Position numbers and translations under genes: made by a program. Source: Gammaproteobacteria bacterium (GTDB lineage Bacteria > Pseudomonadota > Gammaproteobacteria > CAJXQU01). Taken from it: a DNA stretch of 64,000 bases. The notes under the pieces are model-generated. The model did no database searches. It was not told the origin of the DNA and saw only the letters and a list, made by a program, of their open reading frames with translations. Of the stretch, positions 21,248-31,302 are shown piece after piece; position 1 is the stretch's first letter; every line of letters begins with the position of its first letter. The stretch lies in the NCBI GenBank assembly GCA_965238175.1, contig CBDEGZ010000003.1:2208001-2272000 (forward strand), in the 5' to 3' direction.

Positions 21248-21517
21248 ATGAAAGGAAATATTACCACGAAAATGGACGACTGGCATCGAGCAGATATCGT
21301 CGCTGCGTTGAAAAAAAAGGGTTGGTCATTACGTGGTTTGAGTGCAGCAAACAACTATTCACCAACCGTGCTAAGCGGTGTCTTAAATAGTCCGTGGCCA
21401 AAGGGTGAAAAAATAATTGCAGATGCGATAGGTGTTGCAGCCGATCAGATATGGCCTAGCAGGTATAAAAATGGAGTATCAAACCGACGACCAGGGCGAA
21501 GGAGAAAAGTAGCATGA
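21248..21517 (+). CDS. ner: Ner/Nlp family regulator
   Basis: DWHRADIVAALKKKGWSL...WPKGEKIIADAIGV..IWPSRY. Confidence 0.95.
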   Translation: MKGNITTKMDDWHRADIVAALKKKGWSLRGLSAANNYSPTVLSGVLNSPWPKGEKIIADAIGVAADQIWPSRYKNGVSNRRPGRRRKVA

Positions 21518-23682
21518 TGTTCACAAATAAGGATATAGCGGATCAACTAAATATGTCGGTTCGTGGCGTTGCAAAAAAAGCAGGAAGAGAAGGTTGGGCT
21601 TACTCAGAAATGAGTATTCGAGGTGGCAAGCAGCGCCAATACAACCTTGATGATCTACCATTGGATGTTAGAGCAGAAATGACAGGGAGAGTGCTAGAAA
21701 GTGATATGGCGGTTGATGGTGAAAAAGACGCTCAAAAAATCCAGTTTAAAACCTCATTAGAAGAAACATTAAAACAGTCAAAAAATAGCCGTAATTTATC
21801 TGCACTAGAAGATGAAAATAACAGGATAAATCCACGCATAACCATTTTACGGGCCTGGCACACTTTTACTCAAGAATCGGGTAAATGTAAAAGTACCTGC
21901 TCCGCACTATTCGCCGAAATATACAACGCTGGAAACGCCAACCTTCCGGCTGATGTTATGGCGGCGATACCTTCAGTGTCAGGCCCATCTTTATTACGTT
22001 GGGAAGCGCAAATTAAAAAAGAAGGAACTGCTCGGCTTGGTGGTAATTATGGCAATCGAAAAGGTCAATCAAAAGTGGATCAGAATGAAAATTTGAAGCA
22101 ATACATTATCGGTTTCATTTATCAATACCCACATGCAGATGTAAAGCATATTTATGACGGCTTAAAAGCCCGTTTTAGTGATGATAAAACGATTGATTTT
22201 CCAGGTAAGAGATCTGTTCAGCGATGGGTCGCAGCATGGAAGATTGAGAATGCACAAATCCTGACGGCTGTAAGTAATCCTGACGAGTGGAAAAACAAGT
22301 TTATGGTTGCTCATGGTTCATTATCTGACGGTATTGAGCGGCTAAACCAGGTGTGGGAATTAGATTCAACACCGGGCGATATTCAATTAATAGATGGTCG
22401 TCATTCTTTGGTCGGAATTATTGATGTTTATACACGAAGATTGAAAATTGTCGTCAGCAAAACCAGTAAAGCGACAGCTGTAGCAGCAGTACTGAGACGT
22501 AGCTTAATCGACTGGGGTGTGCCTGAAATTGCTAAGACTGATAATGGTGCGGATTACGTCGGATTCCACATAAAAAGATCATTAATAGACTTGGGTATTG
22601 AACAAGTTCTGTGTCCACCATTCCAGCCTTGGCACAAGCCACATATTGAGCGTGCTTTTCGTACTTTTTCACATAGTTTACTTGAATTAATGCCAGGTTT
22701 TTGTGGCCATAATGTTGCTGAAAAATCAGCACTGCAAGCGCGAGACTCATTCGCTGATCGTTTGTTTAAAAAGAATGAAGTAATCGAAATCAAAATGAAC
22801 TCTAAACAGTTGCAGGAATTCTGCGATTCATGGGTTGATCAAATCTATTCTCACGATCAGCACAGTAGTCTAAACGGCAAAACGCCATTTGAAATGGTGT
22901 CAGATTATATTGGCGAAGTTCAAATCATAGAAAGTGAACGAGCACTGGATATTTTGCTTGCTGAGGCACCTGGTAATCATGGTCGTCGAACAGTCCAGAA
23001 AAAAGGCATTCGGATTAAATGGAAAGGTGAGCCAGCAAGTCACTGGTACAGTGCTCCTGAGTTGGCCACACATCTTGTAGGACGCGATGTTCGAGTGACT
23101 TTTGATCCCACAGGTGAAATGGGTCAAATCTTTGTATTCGATGATAGCGGTTTTGTCTGCATTGCTGAATGTCCAGAATTACTTGGTTTAGATCGTCAAG
23201 ATCATGCTGTTGCTGCTAAGACAATTCAACAGCGTTACGTAAACCAAAGCCGTAAGGCAATGAAAGATGCTGCCAAGCAAGCTAATACTCAATCAGCAGC
23301 AGAAGAAATACTGGCTCATGCAGCAAAAAAAGCTGGCAACGTGTCGATGTTTCCGAAGCCGCAAAACACCTATACATCATCAGGACTTGAAGCAGCAAAA
23401 GAAGCTGTGGAAATGGAAAACCGTGAGCCTACACCCTCCCCTGTTAGTGATGAAACTCGCGCTAAATTAGCGAAAGAAATGGCATCACAAAAAACGATCG
23501 AAAATCTACCTGAAACACGCCAACAACGGTATTTACGTTGGTGTGCATTAGATCGTTCTGTCAAAGCGGGGATAGAAATATCAGGTAACGACAAAGTTTT
23601 TTGGAAAGGATACCGAGACACATCGGAGTGGAAATCACTAAGGTTAATGGAAGAAGAGTTCGGGAAATCCGAGCAATCGTAA
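21514..23682 (+). CDS. MuA-like DDE transposase
   Basis: N-terminal Mu HTH; NQVWELDST, DVYTRR, KTDNGADY, KPHIERAF; Mu C-terminal domain. Confidence 0.95.
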   Translation: MMFTNKDIADQLNMSVRGVAKKAGREGWAYSEMSIRGGKQRQYNLDDLPLDVRAEMTGRVLESDMAVDGEKDAQKIQFKTSLEETLKQSKNSRNLSALEDENNRINPRITILRAWHTFTQESGKCKSTCSALFAEIYNAGNANLPADVMAAIPSVSGPSLLRWEAQIKKEGTARLGGNYGNRKGQSKVDQNENLKQYIIGFIYQYPHADVKHIYDGLKARFSDDKTIDFPGKRSVQRWVAAWKIENAQILTAVSNPDEWKNKFMVAHGSLSDGIERLNQVWELDSTPGDIQLIDGRHSLVGIIDVYTRRLKIVVSKTSKATAVAAVLRRSLIDWGVPEIAKTDNGADYVGFHIKRSLIDLGIEQVLCPPFQPWHKPHIERAFRTFSHSLLELMPGFCGHNVAEKSALQARDSFADRLFKKNEVIEIKMNSKQLQEFCDSWVDQIYSHDQHSSLNGKTPFEMVSDYIGEVQIIESERALDILLAEAPGNHGRRTVQKKGIRIKWKGEPASHWYSAPELATHLVGRDVRVTFDPTGEMGQIFVFDDSGFVCIAECPELLGLDRQDHAVAAKTIQQRYVNQSRKAMKDAAKQANTQSAAEEILAHAAKKAGNVSMFPKPQNTYTSSGLEAAKEAVEMENREPTPSPVSDETRAKLAKEMASQKTIENLPETRQQRYLRWCALDRSVKAGIEISGNDKVFWKGYRDTSEWKSLRLMEEEFGKSEQS

Positions 23683-23685
23683 AAA

Positions 23686-23707
23686 AGCCGAAGCGGTAAC
23701 TTCGGCT
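23686..23707 (-). terminator. Hairpin between A and B, with a T-tail on the minus strand
   Basis: aaaaa-agccgaag-cggtaa-cttcggct. Confidence 0.45.
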
Positions 23708-23750
23708 CAGTACAACTTAACGGTCTTAGATGACCATTGGAGAAATAATT

Positions 23751-24479
23751 ATGACACAAAAATTAAACAACACAACTGCACCTTTGCAAAACGTGTCGCT
23801 ATGCGTTGAAGCACTGGATAAGGCGGTTAATAGACCAGAGCATTTGCCAGGACTGGTTTGCTTTCATGGCCCTTCTGGGTTTGGAAAATCGACGGCCGCA
23901 GTCTACGTGGCAAACAAGATGAGAGCTTACTGTGTACAAGCAAACGAATCATGGAAAAAGAAAGCATTTTTAGAAGCCATCTTAAATGAGATGGGCATAA
24001 CCCCGGAAAAGGTAATTTCTAAAATGGTTGATCAAATCTGTGAACAGTTAGCGCTTTCAAATAGACCGTTAATCATTGATGAAATGGATTTTATTGTTGA
24101 GAACAATCTGGTCGAAATTGTTAGGGCCTTATACGAAGGATCAGGAGCTGCAATTCTTCTGATCGGTGAGGAAGCCTTGCCAATTAAGTTATCTAAGTGG
24201 GAACGATTTCACGGACGTATTCTTGACTGGATTCCGGCACAACCTGTCGATATGGATGATGCACTCCACTTAAGAGATTTGTACTGCAAAGATGCAGATG
24301 TTGACGATGGATTAGTTGAATTGATCCATAGCCAAGCAAAAGGATCTGTCCGTCGAGTTTGTATCAACCTTGAGCGAGTGAGTTCTGAAGCCAGAAAAGA
24401 AGGTCAAGAAACAGCCAACGTCAGCTGGTGGGCAAACCGACCTTTATATGTTGGCAAAGCTCCGATTAGAAAACTCTAG
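23751..24479 (+). CDS. MuB-like AAA+ transposition ATPase
   Basis: Walker A GPSGFGKS, Walker B LIIDE, LLIGEE; GGAG before ATG at 23751. Confidence 0.92.
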   Translation: MTQKLNNTTAPLQNVSLCVEALDKAVNRPEHLPGLVCFHGPSGFGKSTAAVYVANKMRAYCVQANESWKKKAFLEAILNEMGITPEKVISKMVDQICEQLALSNRPLIIDEMDFIVENNLVEIVRALYEGSGAAILLIGEEALPIKLSKWERFHGRILDWIPAQPVDMDDALHLRDLYCKDADVDDGLVELIHSQAKGSVRRVCINLERVSSEARKEGQETANVSWWANRPLYVGKAPIRKL

Positions 24480-24484
24480 CAAAC

Positions 24485-25105
24485 ATGGGAGGGGAAACCA
24501 TGAAAACAAAGTCAAGCCCTTTTGGGTACCGCGAAAATCGCGATCAGATGTGGATCGTTATTCGCGAAAAACAAGAATTCACTATCAATGATATTGAGGA
24601 TGAAACACGCATTATTAGAACTACGATTAGATCATATTTGCAGGGTTTAGTTAGCGGCGGTTACTTACAAATATTGAATCCTGGCGAACGCAAAAAAGCT
24701 GGAAATACTTTTTTGCCAGAACGTTATGAATTGATTAACGATATTGGCGTGGAAGCGCCTCAAGTAGATAGAAAAGGTCAGGAAGTAAACCGAGGCGCTC
24801 GACGTGAACAGATGTGGCGCACAATGAAGGTACTTGGCCAATTCAATTATAAAGATCTGGCGATAAACGCAAGTTTAGAAGATTCGTCGGTAAGCGAAAT
24901 GGATGCCAAGAAATACTGCAACATGCTTTATAAAGCTGGCTTCCTTGCACTGAAAAAACGTGGCAAACCTGGTGGAACACTGAATGTTTATCTTTTCTTA
25001 AACAGCAAGAATACGGGGCCTAAACCACCGCGTATAAAGCAGATTACACAGGTATGGGACGCAAACACTGACAAGGTGATGTATGAATCTGGCGGTGCAT
25101 CATGA
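24485..25105 (+). CDS. Phage early protein with two HTH-like repeats
   Basis: Repeated R.QMW...F...D motif; position after B. Confidence 0.65.
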   Translation: MGGETMKTKSSPFGYRENRDQMWIVIREKQEFTINDIEDETRIIRTTIRSYLQGLVSGGYLQILNPGERKKAGNTFLPERYELINDIGVEAPQVDRKGQEVNRGARREQMWRTMKVLGQFNYKDLAINASLEDSSVSEMDAKKYCNMLYKAGFLALKKRGKPGGTLNVYLFLNSKNTGPKPPRIKQITQVWDANTDKVMYESGGAS

Positions 25106-25464
25106 GCTTGCATACAAATAATGCCAAAAAGAACTGGGGAAATGATTTACCTGAATGGGTGCTGCGTCTCGCGAAAGATTGTGATCAAAATTCACTATCA
25201 ATTGTGGCGAGGAAAATAGGCGCTTCAAATACCTACATCCAACAAGCTATTAATAAAACTTCTCCAAGTGCAGTCACAACGATCGAGAAATTAGCTCAAG
25301 GATACTACTTAGGTAGAACGGTAGACTGCCCTGCTCTTGGTGAAATTTTAGCCAACGACTGTGAGCATCACCAAAAACGTCCCTTTTCTACAACAAATCC
25401 TCAACGCGTCAGGCTTTATAAAGCCTGTAGAAACGGCTGCCAGTATAGCCGCCTGGAGAAATGA
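25102..25464 (+). CDS. Phage HTH / Cys-rich putative regulator
   Basis: VARKIGASNTYI, CPALGEI, CRNGC. Confidence 0.6.
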   Translation: MSLHTNNAKKNWGNDLPEWVLRLAKDCDQNSLSIVARKIGASNTYIQQAINKTSPSAVTTIEKLAQGYYLGRTVDCPALGEILANDCEHHQKRPFSTTNPQRVRLYKACRNGCQYSRLEK

Positions 25465-25739
25465 AAATGTCAAAAAATGATCAGAATAAAATTTTAGAAA
25501 ATAACATCGGCAAAGCAAGAGATGTCGTTGTAAAGCTAACTGAAAAAGGCTTGAAGGTGCTTAAAGTCAGTGTTGAAAACGGCACACCTCTAATCGAGAT
25601 AGCCTACTCCCATGAGTGTAAACGAATTGTCTCAGGAACGAAGGTGAGAAAGTTGATACGTGGTCGTATGGTTAATACAAAAGTCTCGATAATGAACGGT
25701 TGCTGTGTTCAATGGGATCAATATCAGGAGGCTGCGTAA
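25461..25739 (+). CDS. Phage hypothetical protein
   Basis: Overlapping start/stop in early operon. Confidence 0.6.
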   Translation: MKMSKNDQNKILENNIGKARDVVVKLTEKGLKVLKVSVENGTPLIEIAYSHECKRIVSGTKVRKLIRGRMVNTKVSIMNGCCVQWDQYQEAA

Positions 25740-25900
25740 TGAGCGTAGAAATACTTATATATTTATTGGTTTTTGTCATGGGCTTCACAGCTGATTGGGT
25801 GTTACGAAAGCTGATCGCTGCAATCAATGGGCAGGTTGCTAAAAAGCAATGGAGGGATCATGAACATAAATCGATTATCGGTTTTAACCGCACTTTCTGA
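25739..25900 (+). CDS. Small membrane protein
   Basis: TAATG coupling, AGGAGG RBS, hydrophobic N-terminus. Confidence 0.45.
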   Translation: MSVEILIYLLVFVMGFTADWVLRKLIAAINGQVAKKQWRDHEHKSIIGFNRTF

Positions 25901-26204
25901 TCATATTGGCGAAAAGCAAGGCATCAAAGGTAAAGACCTTACGGATCTTGTAACAGGTGAGCCAGCAACCGAAGCAACCCAACGCTGCATTCGTAAAGTA
26001 ATTGAAGATTTACGACTGGAAGGCTTTCACATTTGCGGGATACCGAGTTCTGGCTACTACATGGCAAGCTCAGAATCTGACCTTAACCGGACATGCTTGT
26101 TTATGTACGCCAGAGCTATGAAAACGCTGACACAAATTGCCGCGATGAAACATAAATCACTGCCTGATTTAAAAGGCCAGCTGAATTTGTTAGCTGATCA
26201 ATAG
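25860..26204 (+). CDS. Phage wHTH protein
   Basis: RCIRKVIEDLRLEGFHICG...GYY; GGAGG RBS. Confidence 0.65.
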   Translation: MNINRLSVLTALSDHIGEKQGIKGKDLTDLVTGEPATEATQRCIRKVIEDLRLEGFHICGIPSSGYYMASSESDLNRTCLFMYARAMKTLTQIAAMKHKSLPDLKGQLNLLADQ

Positions 26205-26218
26205 GGGAAATAATAATC

Positions 26219-26737
26219 ATGGAATTAAAAGACATCGACAAACTGGCTGAGAAACACAGTAAAAACCAACAGGAATTGGTGACGCTAGTAAAAAACATTG
26301 AAGAACAAATGGACTTGGTTAAGAAAAAACATCTAAAGCAGCTTAGAACAAAAGTTGATCAGCTTAACATCAGTAACGAACTTCTTTTCATTGCTGTGGA
26401 TGAGAATAGAAGTTTGTTCGAGAAACCGAAAACACATAGCCTTCACGGCATTAAGGTTGGGTTGCAAAAAGGTAGAGGGGTGATGGACTGGGATGACACT
26501 GGCAAGTTGATCAAATTGATTAAAAAGAAATACGACGATCATTATGGCGTCTTGATCGACTTAAAAGAAACACCAAATAAAACAGGGCTTGAAAAACTTC
26601 CCGCTGATGAATTAAAAGCCCTGGGCATCACTATTTCAAATAGCGGGGACAGAGTGTTGATCAAGGATGCAAAAAAAGATATCGGCAGAGTTGTTGTGGC
26701 GTTACTGGATGATATTGAGGAGCTTACGTCATGTTGA
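26219..26737 (+). CDS. Gam-like host-nuclease inhibitor
   Basis: Coiled coil then LFEKPKT..LHGIKVGLQKG; Mu early-operon position. Confidence 0.6.
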   Translation: MELKDIDKLAEKHSKNQQELVTLVKNIEEQMDLVKKKHLKQLRTKVDQLNISNELLFIAVDENRSLFEKPKTHSLHGIKVGLQKGRGVMDWDDTGKLIKLIKKKYDDHYGVLIDLKETPNKTGLEKLPADELKALGITISNSGDRVLIKDAKKDIGRVVVALLDDIEELTSC

Positions 26738-26804
26738 GTCAAGGGCAGGATTTAAAATGTCCCGGCCTGGTTGCTAACAATGATTCAATCGAGTGGCTTT
26801 CATC

Positions 26805-27254
26805 ATGAGTCGTAAGCCGAAAAACAATCGTAATGCAGATCTGGCAAAAATACATATTCTCGCCGAACAGGCGGGTATGGACACCAAAGATAAAGATCCG
26901 GACTCTACCTATCGACGCATGTTGTGGACGCTAGGACGTGTTCGATCAGCTTCCAAACTGGATCAACATGGCAGGCAAAAAGTCATTCAACATTTGACGC
27001 CTAAAAGAGGTAACAAATACCAGAAACGGCACGAACTAGGTAAGCCACCTGCAAACATCAACAGCGAACAATTTGGCCCAATGCTGCGAAAAATTCAGGC
27101 ATTACTGATTGATTCGAAAAAGACCTGGGCTTATGCCGACGGTATTTCAAAGACTATGTTTGGGATAGACAAAATCCAATTTTGTGGAGCGCAACATCTA
27201 CGTGCAGTTATTTCAGCACTCACCAAAGATCAACAACGGAGGGTAACAAAATGA
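26805..27254 (+). CDS. GemA / Mu gp16 family protein
   Basis: LAKIHI, YRRML..LG.VRSASKL, KIQALL..W.YA. Confidence 0.85.
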   Translation: MSRKPKNNRNADLAKIHILAEQAGMDTKDKDPDSTYRRMLWTLGRVRSASKLDQHGRQKVIQHLTPKRGNKYQKRHELGKPPANINSEQFGPMLRKIQALLIDSKKTWAYADGISKTMFGIDKIQFCGAQHLRAVISALTKDQQRRVTK

Positions 27255-27667
27255 CAGGTATTGGAGAGGAAATTCAGCGGTTATTAGAGCGACCACCGCA
27301 GGGGTTGAATTCAGGTAGAAGGTTAAGTGGCCGGACTAGAAAGGGAATGAAAGTTTCTCCGTGGAGTCAAGAAGAGCAACAGCTGCTGATGAAATATCAC
27401 AACGAAGGATTATCAGCAAAAGAAATTAGTACCTTAATTCCAAACAGAGCAATCCAAGCGATCAGGGTCAAACTAAAAAAAATAAAAGATAACGGTGGTG
27501 TTATCAAAATCACAAACAACCGACCTTGGTCAGCAGAAGATGATCGTTTATTAACAAAAATGAAAATACAACTTGCGAACAATCGGGCAATAAGCGAACG
27601 CCTCGGTAGGTCTGTTTCGGCAATACATGGTCGTTGGCACAAGTTAAATAATACGGTGGTTTCATGA
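27251..27667 (+). CDS. Myb/SANT-like two-repeat DNA-binding protein
   Basis: PWSQEEQQLL and PWSAEDDRLL repeats, each followed by an HTH-like segment. Confidence 0.6.
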   Translation: MTGIGEEIQRLLERPPQGLNSGRRLSGRTRKGMKVSPWSQEEQQLLMKYHNEGLSAKEISTLIPNRAIQAIRVKLKKIKDNGGVIKITNNRPWSAEDDRLLTKMKIQLANNRAISERLGRSVSAIHGRWHKLNNTVVS

Positions 27668-28230
27668 AAGGCATCTGCCCAGACTGCGGCTATGCCGGTG
27701 ACTTGATCAGCTTTATCTCTGGTTCTGAAGCGCGTGAAGCCATGCGGCAATGTTTAAAAATTATGCCCGATATGGAAAACATTGTTTTTCGTTATATAGG
27801 TATGTTCAGACCTGCCACAAACGCACTCACCATGAGTAGGACTGTAGCCCTGTTCCAGCAGATAGCGAATGATATGGCGGCTGGCAGAATCGAACGGCAT
27901 GGCCGCAAATGGCCTGCGCCACGTGACAACTGGAAAGCCGCAATGGAACAAATGATCGACGCTAGAGCCAACATCACATTGCCATTAAAGAGCCACGGAT
28001 ATTTGCACGAAATTCTCATGCGGATGGCAAATGGTGTTGAAGCCAAACAAGAGGCCAAAAAAGAATCGGAAAGGAAATCCGGACAGCATCGACGCACGGC
28101 GAAACAAGAACAGACTCAAGAAACCAAGCAAAAAAAAGATACACGGAAAAAGGAACTTCAAGCTACAAATCCTGATAAAGCCAAAGAATTAATTGGTGGA
28201 TTGGTTGAGTCTATGAAGGCGGGAAATTAA
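27664..28230 (+). CDS. Mu-like conserved Zn-ribbon protein
   Basis: CPDCG, YIGMFRP, LPLKSHGYL. Confidence 0.7.
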   Translation: MKGICPDCGYAGDLISFISGSEAREAMRQCLKIMPDMENIVFRYIGMFRPATNALTMSRTVALFQQIANDMAAGRIERHGRKWPAPRDNWKAAMEQMIDARANITLPLKSHGYLHEILMRMANGVEAKQEAKKESERKSGQHRRTAKQEQTQETKQKKDTRKKELQATNPDKAKELIGGLVESMKAGN

Positions 28231-28233
28231 AGC

Positions 28234-28647
28234 ATGGATAATAGCCGTTTAAACATCGATTTATTGCCTGTCGTTGTACGGGATATAGCTGACCGCTTTG
28301 ATTTGTCAGTTGCGATGCTGATCGTCGAAAAATACGGTGGTACACGATTATGGGTTCCTGAAGATATTGGGTCGGATCATGAACTGGTTGTGCTGCTTGG
28401 TTTAGATACTGCCAGAAAATTTTGTCATGAATATAGTAAGGAGTTTTTGCCTATTTCAAAATCTGAAAAAGCACTCAGAGTAATTCGTGATCAAGATATC
28501 ATTCTCCGTCTTGAAAACGGAGAAACTAAAGCCAGCGTAGCTCTGGCGTATGGCCTTACTGAGCGGCAGATTTATTACATTCAACTTAAACATTACGAAG
28601 AAACTGAAGCTGAAAAACTAGAACCTTCTCAAGCGAGTATGTTTTGA
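28234..28647 (+). CDS. Mor/C family transcription activator
   Basis: YGGTRLWVP, RDQDI...LAYGLTERQIYYI. Confidence 0.88.
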   Translation: MDNSRLNIDLLPVVVRDIADRFDLSVAMLIVEKYGGTRLWVPEDIGSDHELVVLLGLDTARKFCHEYSKEFLPISKSEKALRVIRDQDIILRLENGETKASVALAYGLTERQIYYIQLKHYEETEAEKLEPSQASMF

Positions 28648-28931
28648 TGGTTGTCATTCAAAAAGATCTGTTCGGAAGTGAAAACGATCTTCCTGAAAAA
28701 AAGCTACTTAAAAAGAAAAGAACTCAGGCTAATGGTTATGCTGCAAGACCTGGTACAGGGCCAGACGGTGAAAAATGTAAAACTTGCAATCATCACGTTA
28801 TAAGAAGGATGTCAAAACGATACCACAAGTGTGGGTTAGTGATAGCCAATAATTATCATACTCATGGTGTTGGTACAGATATTCGTGTTAATTCACCTGC
28901 ATGTACGAATTGGGAAGAGAAGGAAAGTTAA
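28644..28931 (+). CDS. Cys-rich phage protein
   Basis: PGTGPDGEKCKTC...KCGL...PAC. Confidence 0.6.
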   Translation: MMVVIQKDLFGSENDLPEKKLLKKKRTQANGYAARPGTGPDGEKCKTCNHHVIRRMSKRYHKCGLVIANNYHTHGVGTDIRVNSPACTNWEEKES

Positions 28932-29116
28932 TGAAAAATATAAAGACGATTACTAATTGGCAGGCTTTTGTTTTTTTGTGGCGGCACGATCCTGAAGCAC
29001 GATGGTTCTGGTTTAAGTGCTTTATTAAATTTACAGATTTGCGTGAAGATGTGGAAATAAATCTCAGATCTTTTGGCCCAAGTAGTGAAATAGAACTGGA
29101 TAATCAATGGGATTAA
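28931..29116 (+). CDS. Phage hypothetical protein
   Basis: TAATG coupling. Confidence 0.45.
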   Translation: MKNIKTITNWQAFVFLWRHDPEARWFWFKCFIKFTDLREDVEINLRSFGPSSEIELDNQWD

Positions 29117-29466
29117 CCGCCTCGCTACTCTGCATGACGATGACTTTGTACCACGAAGCACGCGGTGAACCTATTGGCGGTCAATTCGCCGTGGGCATGG
29201 TTATTTTAAATCGGGTTCAATCCGAAGATTATCCGAATACCATTTGTGATGTTATCACCGAAGAAAATCAATTTACATTTGAATGGGAACCACCAAAAGA
29301 TGACCATGCCTGGTCACGTTCCGCACAGATTGCAAGCCAGCTTCTTAACGGGAAATTGGACGATGTGACTAAAGGTGCATTATGCTACGCACGACACGAC
29401 TCAAAAAGAGCGTGGAAGTGTGCTGATAATCCACTATTGATCGGTTCGCATCGTTTTTGGTATTAG
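29107..29466 (+). CDS. Cell wall hydrolase (SleB / Hydrolase_2)
   Basis: YHEARGE, VILNRV..YPNTICDV, QF, IGSHRF. Confidence 0.9.
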   Translation: MGLTASLLCMTMTLYHEARGEPIGGQFAVGMVILNRVQSEDYPNTICDVITEENQFTFEWEPPKDDHAWSRSAQIASQLLNGKLDDVTKGALCYARHDSKRAWKCADNPLLIGSHRFWY

Positions 29467-29501
29467 GTCTTGCAGGCGAGTTATTTAATAGATGAATAAT
29501 T

Positions 29502-29819
29502 ATGAATTTAGTACAACACATAATAGCAGTCGATGAGATCAAAAATAGGTTTGATTACTTAGTGGATGAGTGTGGTTTGGATCCATGTTTGTCGGAGACA
29601 ATCCAAATCGCATGTAACAATACCAGGCGAAGTTTTGACTTGGATAAACGGATATGCCAGGCATTCGTCAAAGGTGCAGCAGACTCAAATGAAATTGCCG
29701 CGATCAATCATGAAGGGCCAGGTATATTCCTAAACATAAATCAAATTTATGCTAAAGCTCGTTTCGTTGGTGAGGTAACTTGGGATGAAATTGTGGAGCA
29801 GTTGAAACTTAATTGGTAA
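29502..29819 (+). CDS. Phage hypothetical protein
   Basis: 105-aa ORF in phage orientation. Confidence 0.55.
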   Translation: MNLVQHIIAVDEIKNRFDYLVDECGLDPCLSETIQIACNNTRRSFDLDKRICQAFVKGAADSNEIAAINHEGPGIFLNINQIYAKARFVGEVTWDEIVEQLKLNW

Positions 29820-29852
29820 CACATTATTTGAAAAAATAAGGATAGTACAATT

Positions 29853-30221
29853 ATGATCAGAAAAGGAATTTATGCATTTATATTGATAACCGTGGTGATT
29901 TCCATCTACGGTCAAAGTCGACAATCAACTAGCGTCGAAAAAGCAACTACTCAACAAGAACGTGAAATTCTTTGGATAGAAAAAAACAAAGAAGTCGTCA
30001 AGCAAAAATTAAAAGATCCCGGCAGCGCGACATTCGAACACACGCGGGTGATGTACATTGCTGATGCCAATAAAACACCTATCGTCTGTGGTGAAGTGAA
30101 TTCAAAAAATTCTTATGGCGGTTATACAGGCAACAAAAAATTCATCTCCGCAGGAAGCGCACTTTTCCACATGGAAGGTGAAGACGGTTTCGATAATGTT
30201 TGGGTCGACCTTTGTTTTTAA
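29853..30221 (+). CDS. Membrane-anchored accessory protein
   Basis: N-terminal TM, LKDPGSATF, VCGEVNSKNSYGGYTG. Confidence 0.7.
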   Translation: MIRKGIYAFILITVVISIYGQSRQSTSVEKATTQQEREILWIEKNKEVVKQKLKDPGSATFEHTRVMYIADANKTPIVCGEVNSKNSYGGYTGNKKFISAGSALFHMEGEDGFDNVWVDLCF

Positions 30222-30279
30222 CTTGCAAACTCTCATAAAAAACCGTTAAATAAAATAAGCTAAACACCCCAAAAAGCTA

Positions 30280-30326
30280 CCGCTGAAGCCCTTCAGCTTC
30301 CGGCAGATCAAACCCATAGGCAAACT
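30280..30326 (+). promoter_or_regulatory. Late promoter 1 (Plys-like) with Mor/C-type dyad
   Basis: 36-bp sequence 30280-30315 matches 40357-40392 at 35/36; dyad GCTGAAG-cc-CTTCAGC; -10-like CAAACT. Confidence 0.75.
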
Positions 30327-30334
30327 CATGACCT

Positions 30335-30868
30335 ATGGGCAAAAGGCAAACACCAGAATCAATACGCATAATAGGAATTCATTGTGCTGCAACGCCTAAT
30401 GGATCCAACCATAACGCGACTGATATTGATCAATGGCATGCTGTTAGAAACTTTCGGCGCAACATGTCTCTGGCACCTGAACACGCCCCACACCTAAGAC
30501 ACATCGGCTACCACCAGGTGATCCGAACAAGCGGTGTTGTTGAGCTTGGGCGGCCAGAACACGAACGTGGTGCTGGCGTAAAAGGCTATAACAATGGTGC
30601 GATTTGGATCTGCTTGATCGGTCGAAATAAATTTACCGTTGCGCAATGGTTCGCGCTCAAATCACAAGTGGAAGTGTTGACGCAGCGGTACCCATTTGCA
30701 CGGGTCTGTGGTCATCGAGATTTATCACCTGACTTGAATGGCGATGGGTTAATAACATCTAACGAATGGCTGAAAACATGTCCTGGATTTGATGCGGTTA
30801 GTTGGTGGCAGAACGGACACGGGCCACTAAAAAATAACATCTATTATCCGAAGAAGGTAGCGACATGA
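30335..30868 (+). CDS. Endolysin, N-acetylmuramoyl-L-alanine amidase (T7 lysozyme-like)
   Basis: IHCAAT, IGYH..I, GRP, GHRDLSPD, KTCPGFD. Confidence 0.93.
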   Translation: MGKRQTPESIRIIGIHCAATPNGSNHNATDIDQWHAVRNFRRNMSLAPEHAPHLRHIGYHQVIRTSGVVELGRPEHERGAGVKGYNNGAIWICLIGRNKFTVAQWFALKSQVEVLTQRYPFARVCGHRDLSPDLNGDGLITSNEWLKTCPGFDAVSWWQNGHGPLKNNIYYPKKVAT

Positions 30869-31302
30869 TAAATAAAATTATCGGTGCCGCCGCTATTCCT
30901 GCTGTCAAAGTTATCGGTAATGTAATCGATAGTATATTCACGTCTGACGAAGAGAAACTCGATAAGAAAATCATTCTTGAACGTTTAGCCTTACAGCCAC
31001 AGCTTGCACAGATTGAACTTAACAAAGTTGAAGCAGCACATCGTTCAATATTTGTCGCTGGCTGGCGTCCATTTATTGGCTGGGTTTGTGGTCTGGCATT
31101 GTTTTACAACTATGTGATCCGAGACATCATTGGATGGCTTATGAATGTTGTTGGTGTTTATTCAGATCTGACGATAACGCAAATGAATGCCATTTCCACA
31201 CCTCCCGAACTTGCCATCGAAACACTAACATCGGTGTTATTAGCACTTTTGGGTTTAGGCGGCCTTCGCACAATAGAAAAACTACAGGGTCGAGCAAAAT
31301 GA
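30865..31302 (+). CDS. Holin (GTA-type 3TM family)
   Basis: SIFVAGWRPFIGWVCG, LLGLGGLRTIEK. Confidence 0.88.
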   Translation: MINKIIGAAAIPAVKVIGNVIDSIFTSDEEKLDKKIILERLALQPQLAQIELNKVEAAHRSIFVAGWRPFIGWVCGLALFYNYVIRDIIGWLMNVVGVYSDLTITQMNAISTPPELAIETLTSVLLALLGLGGLRTIEKLQGRAK

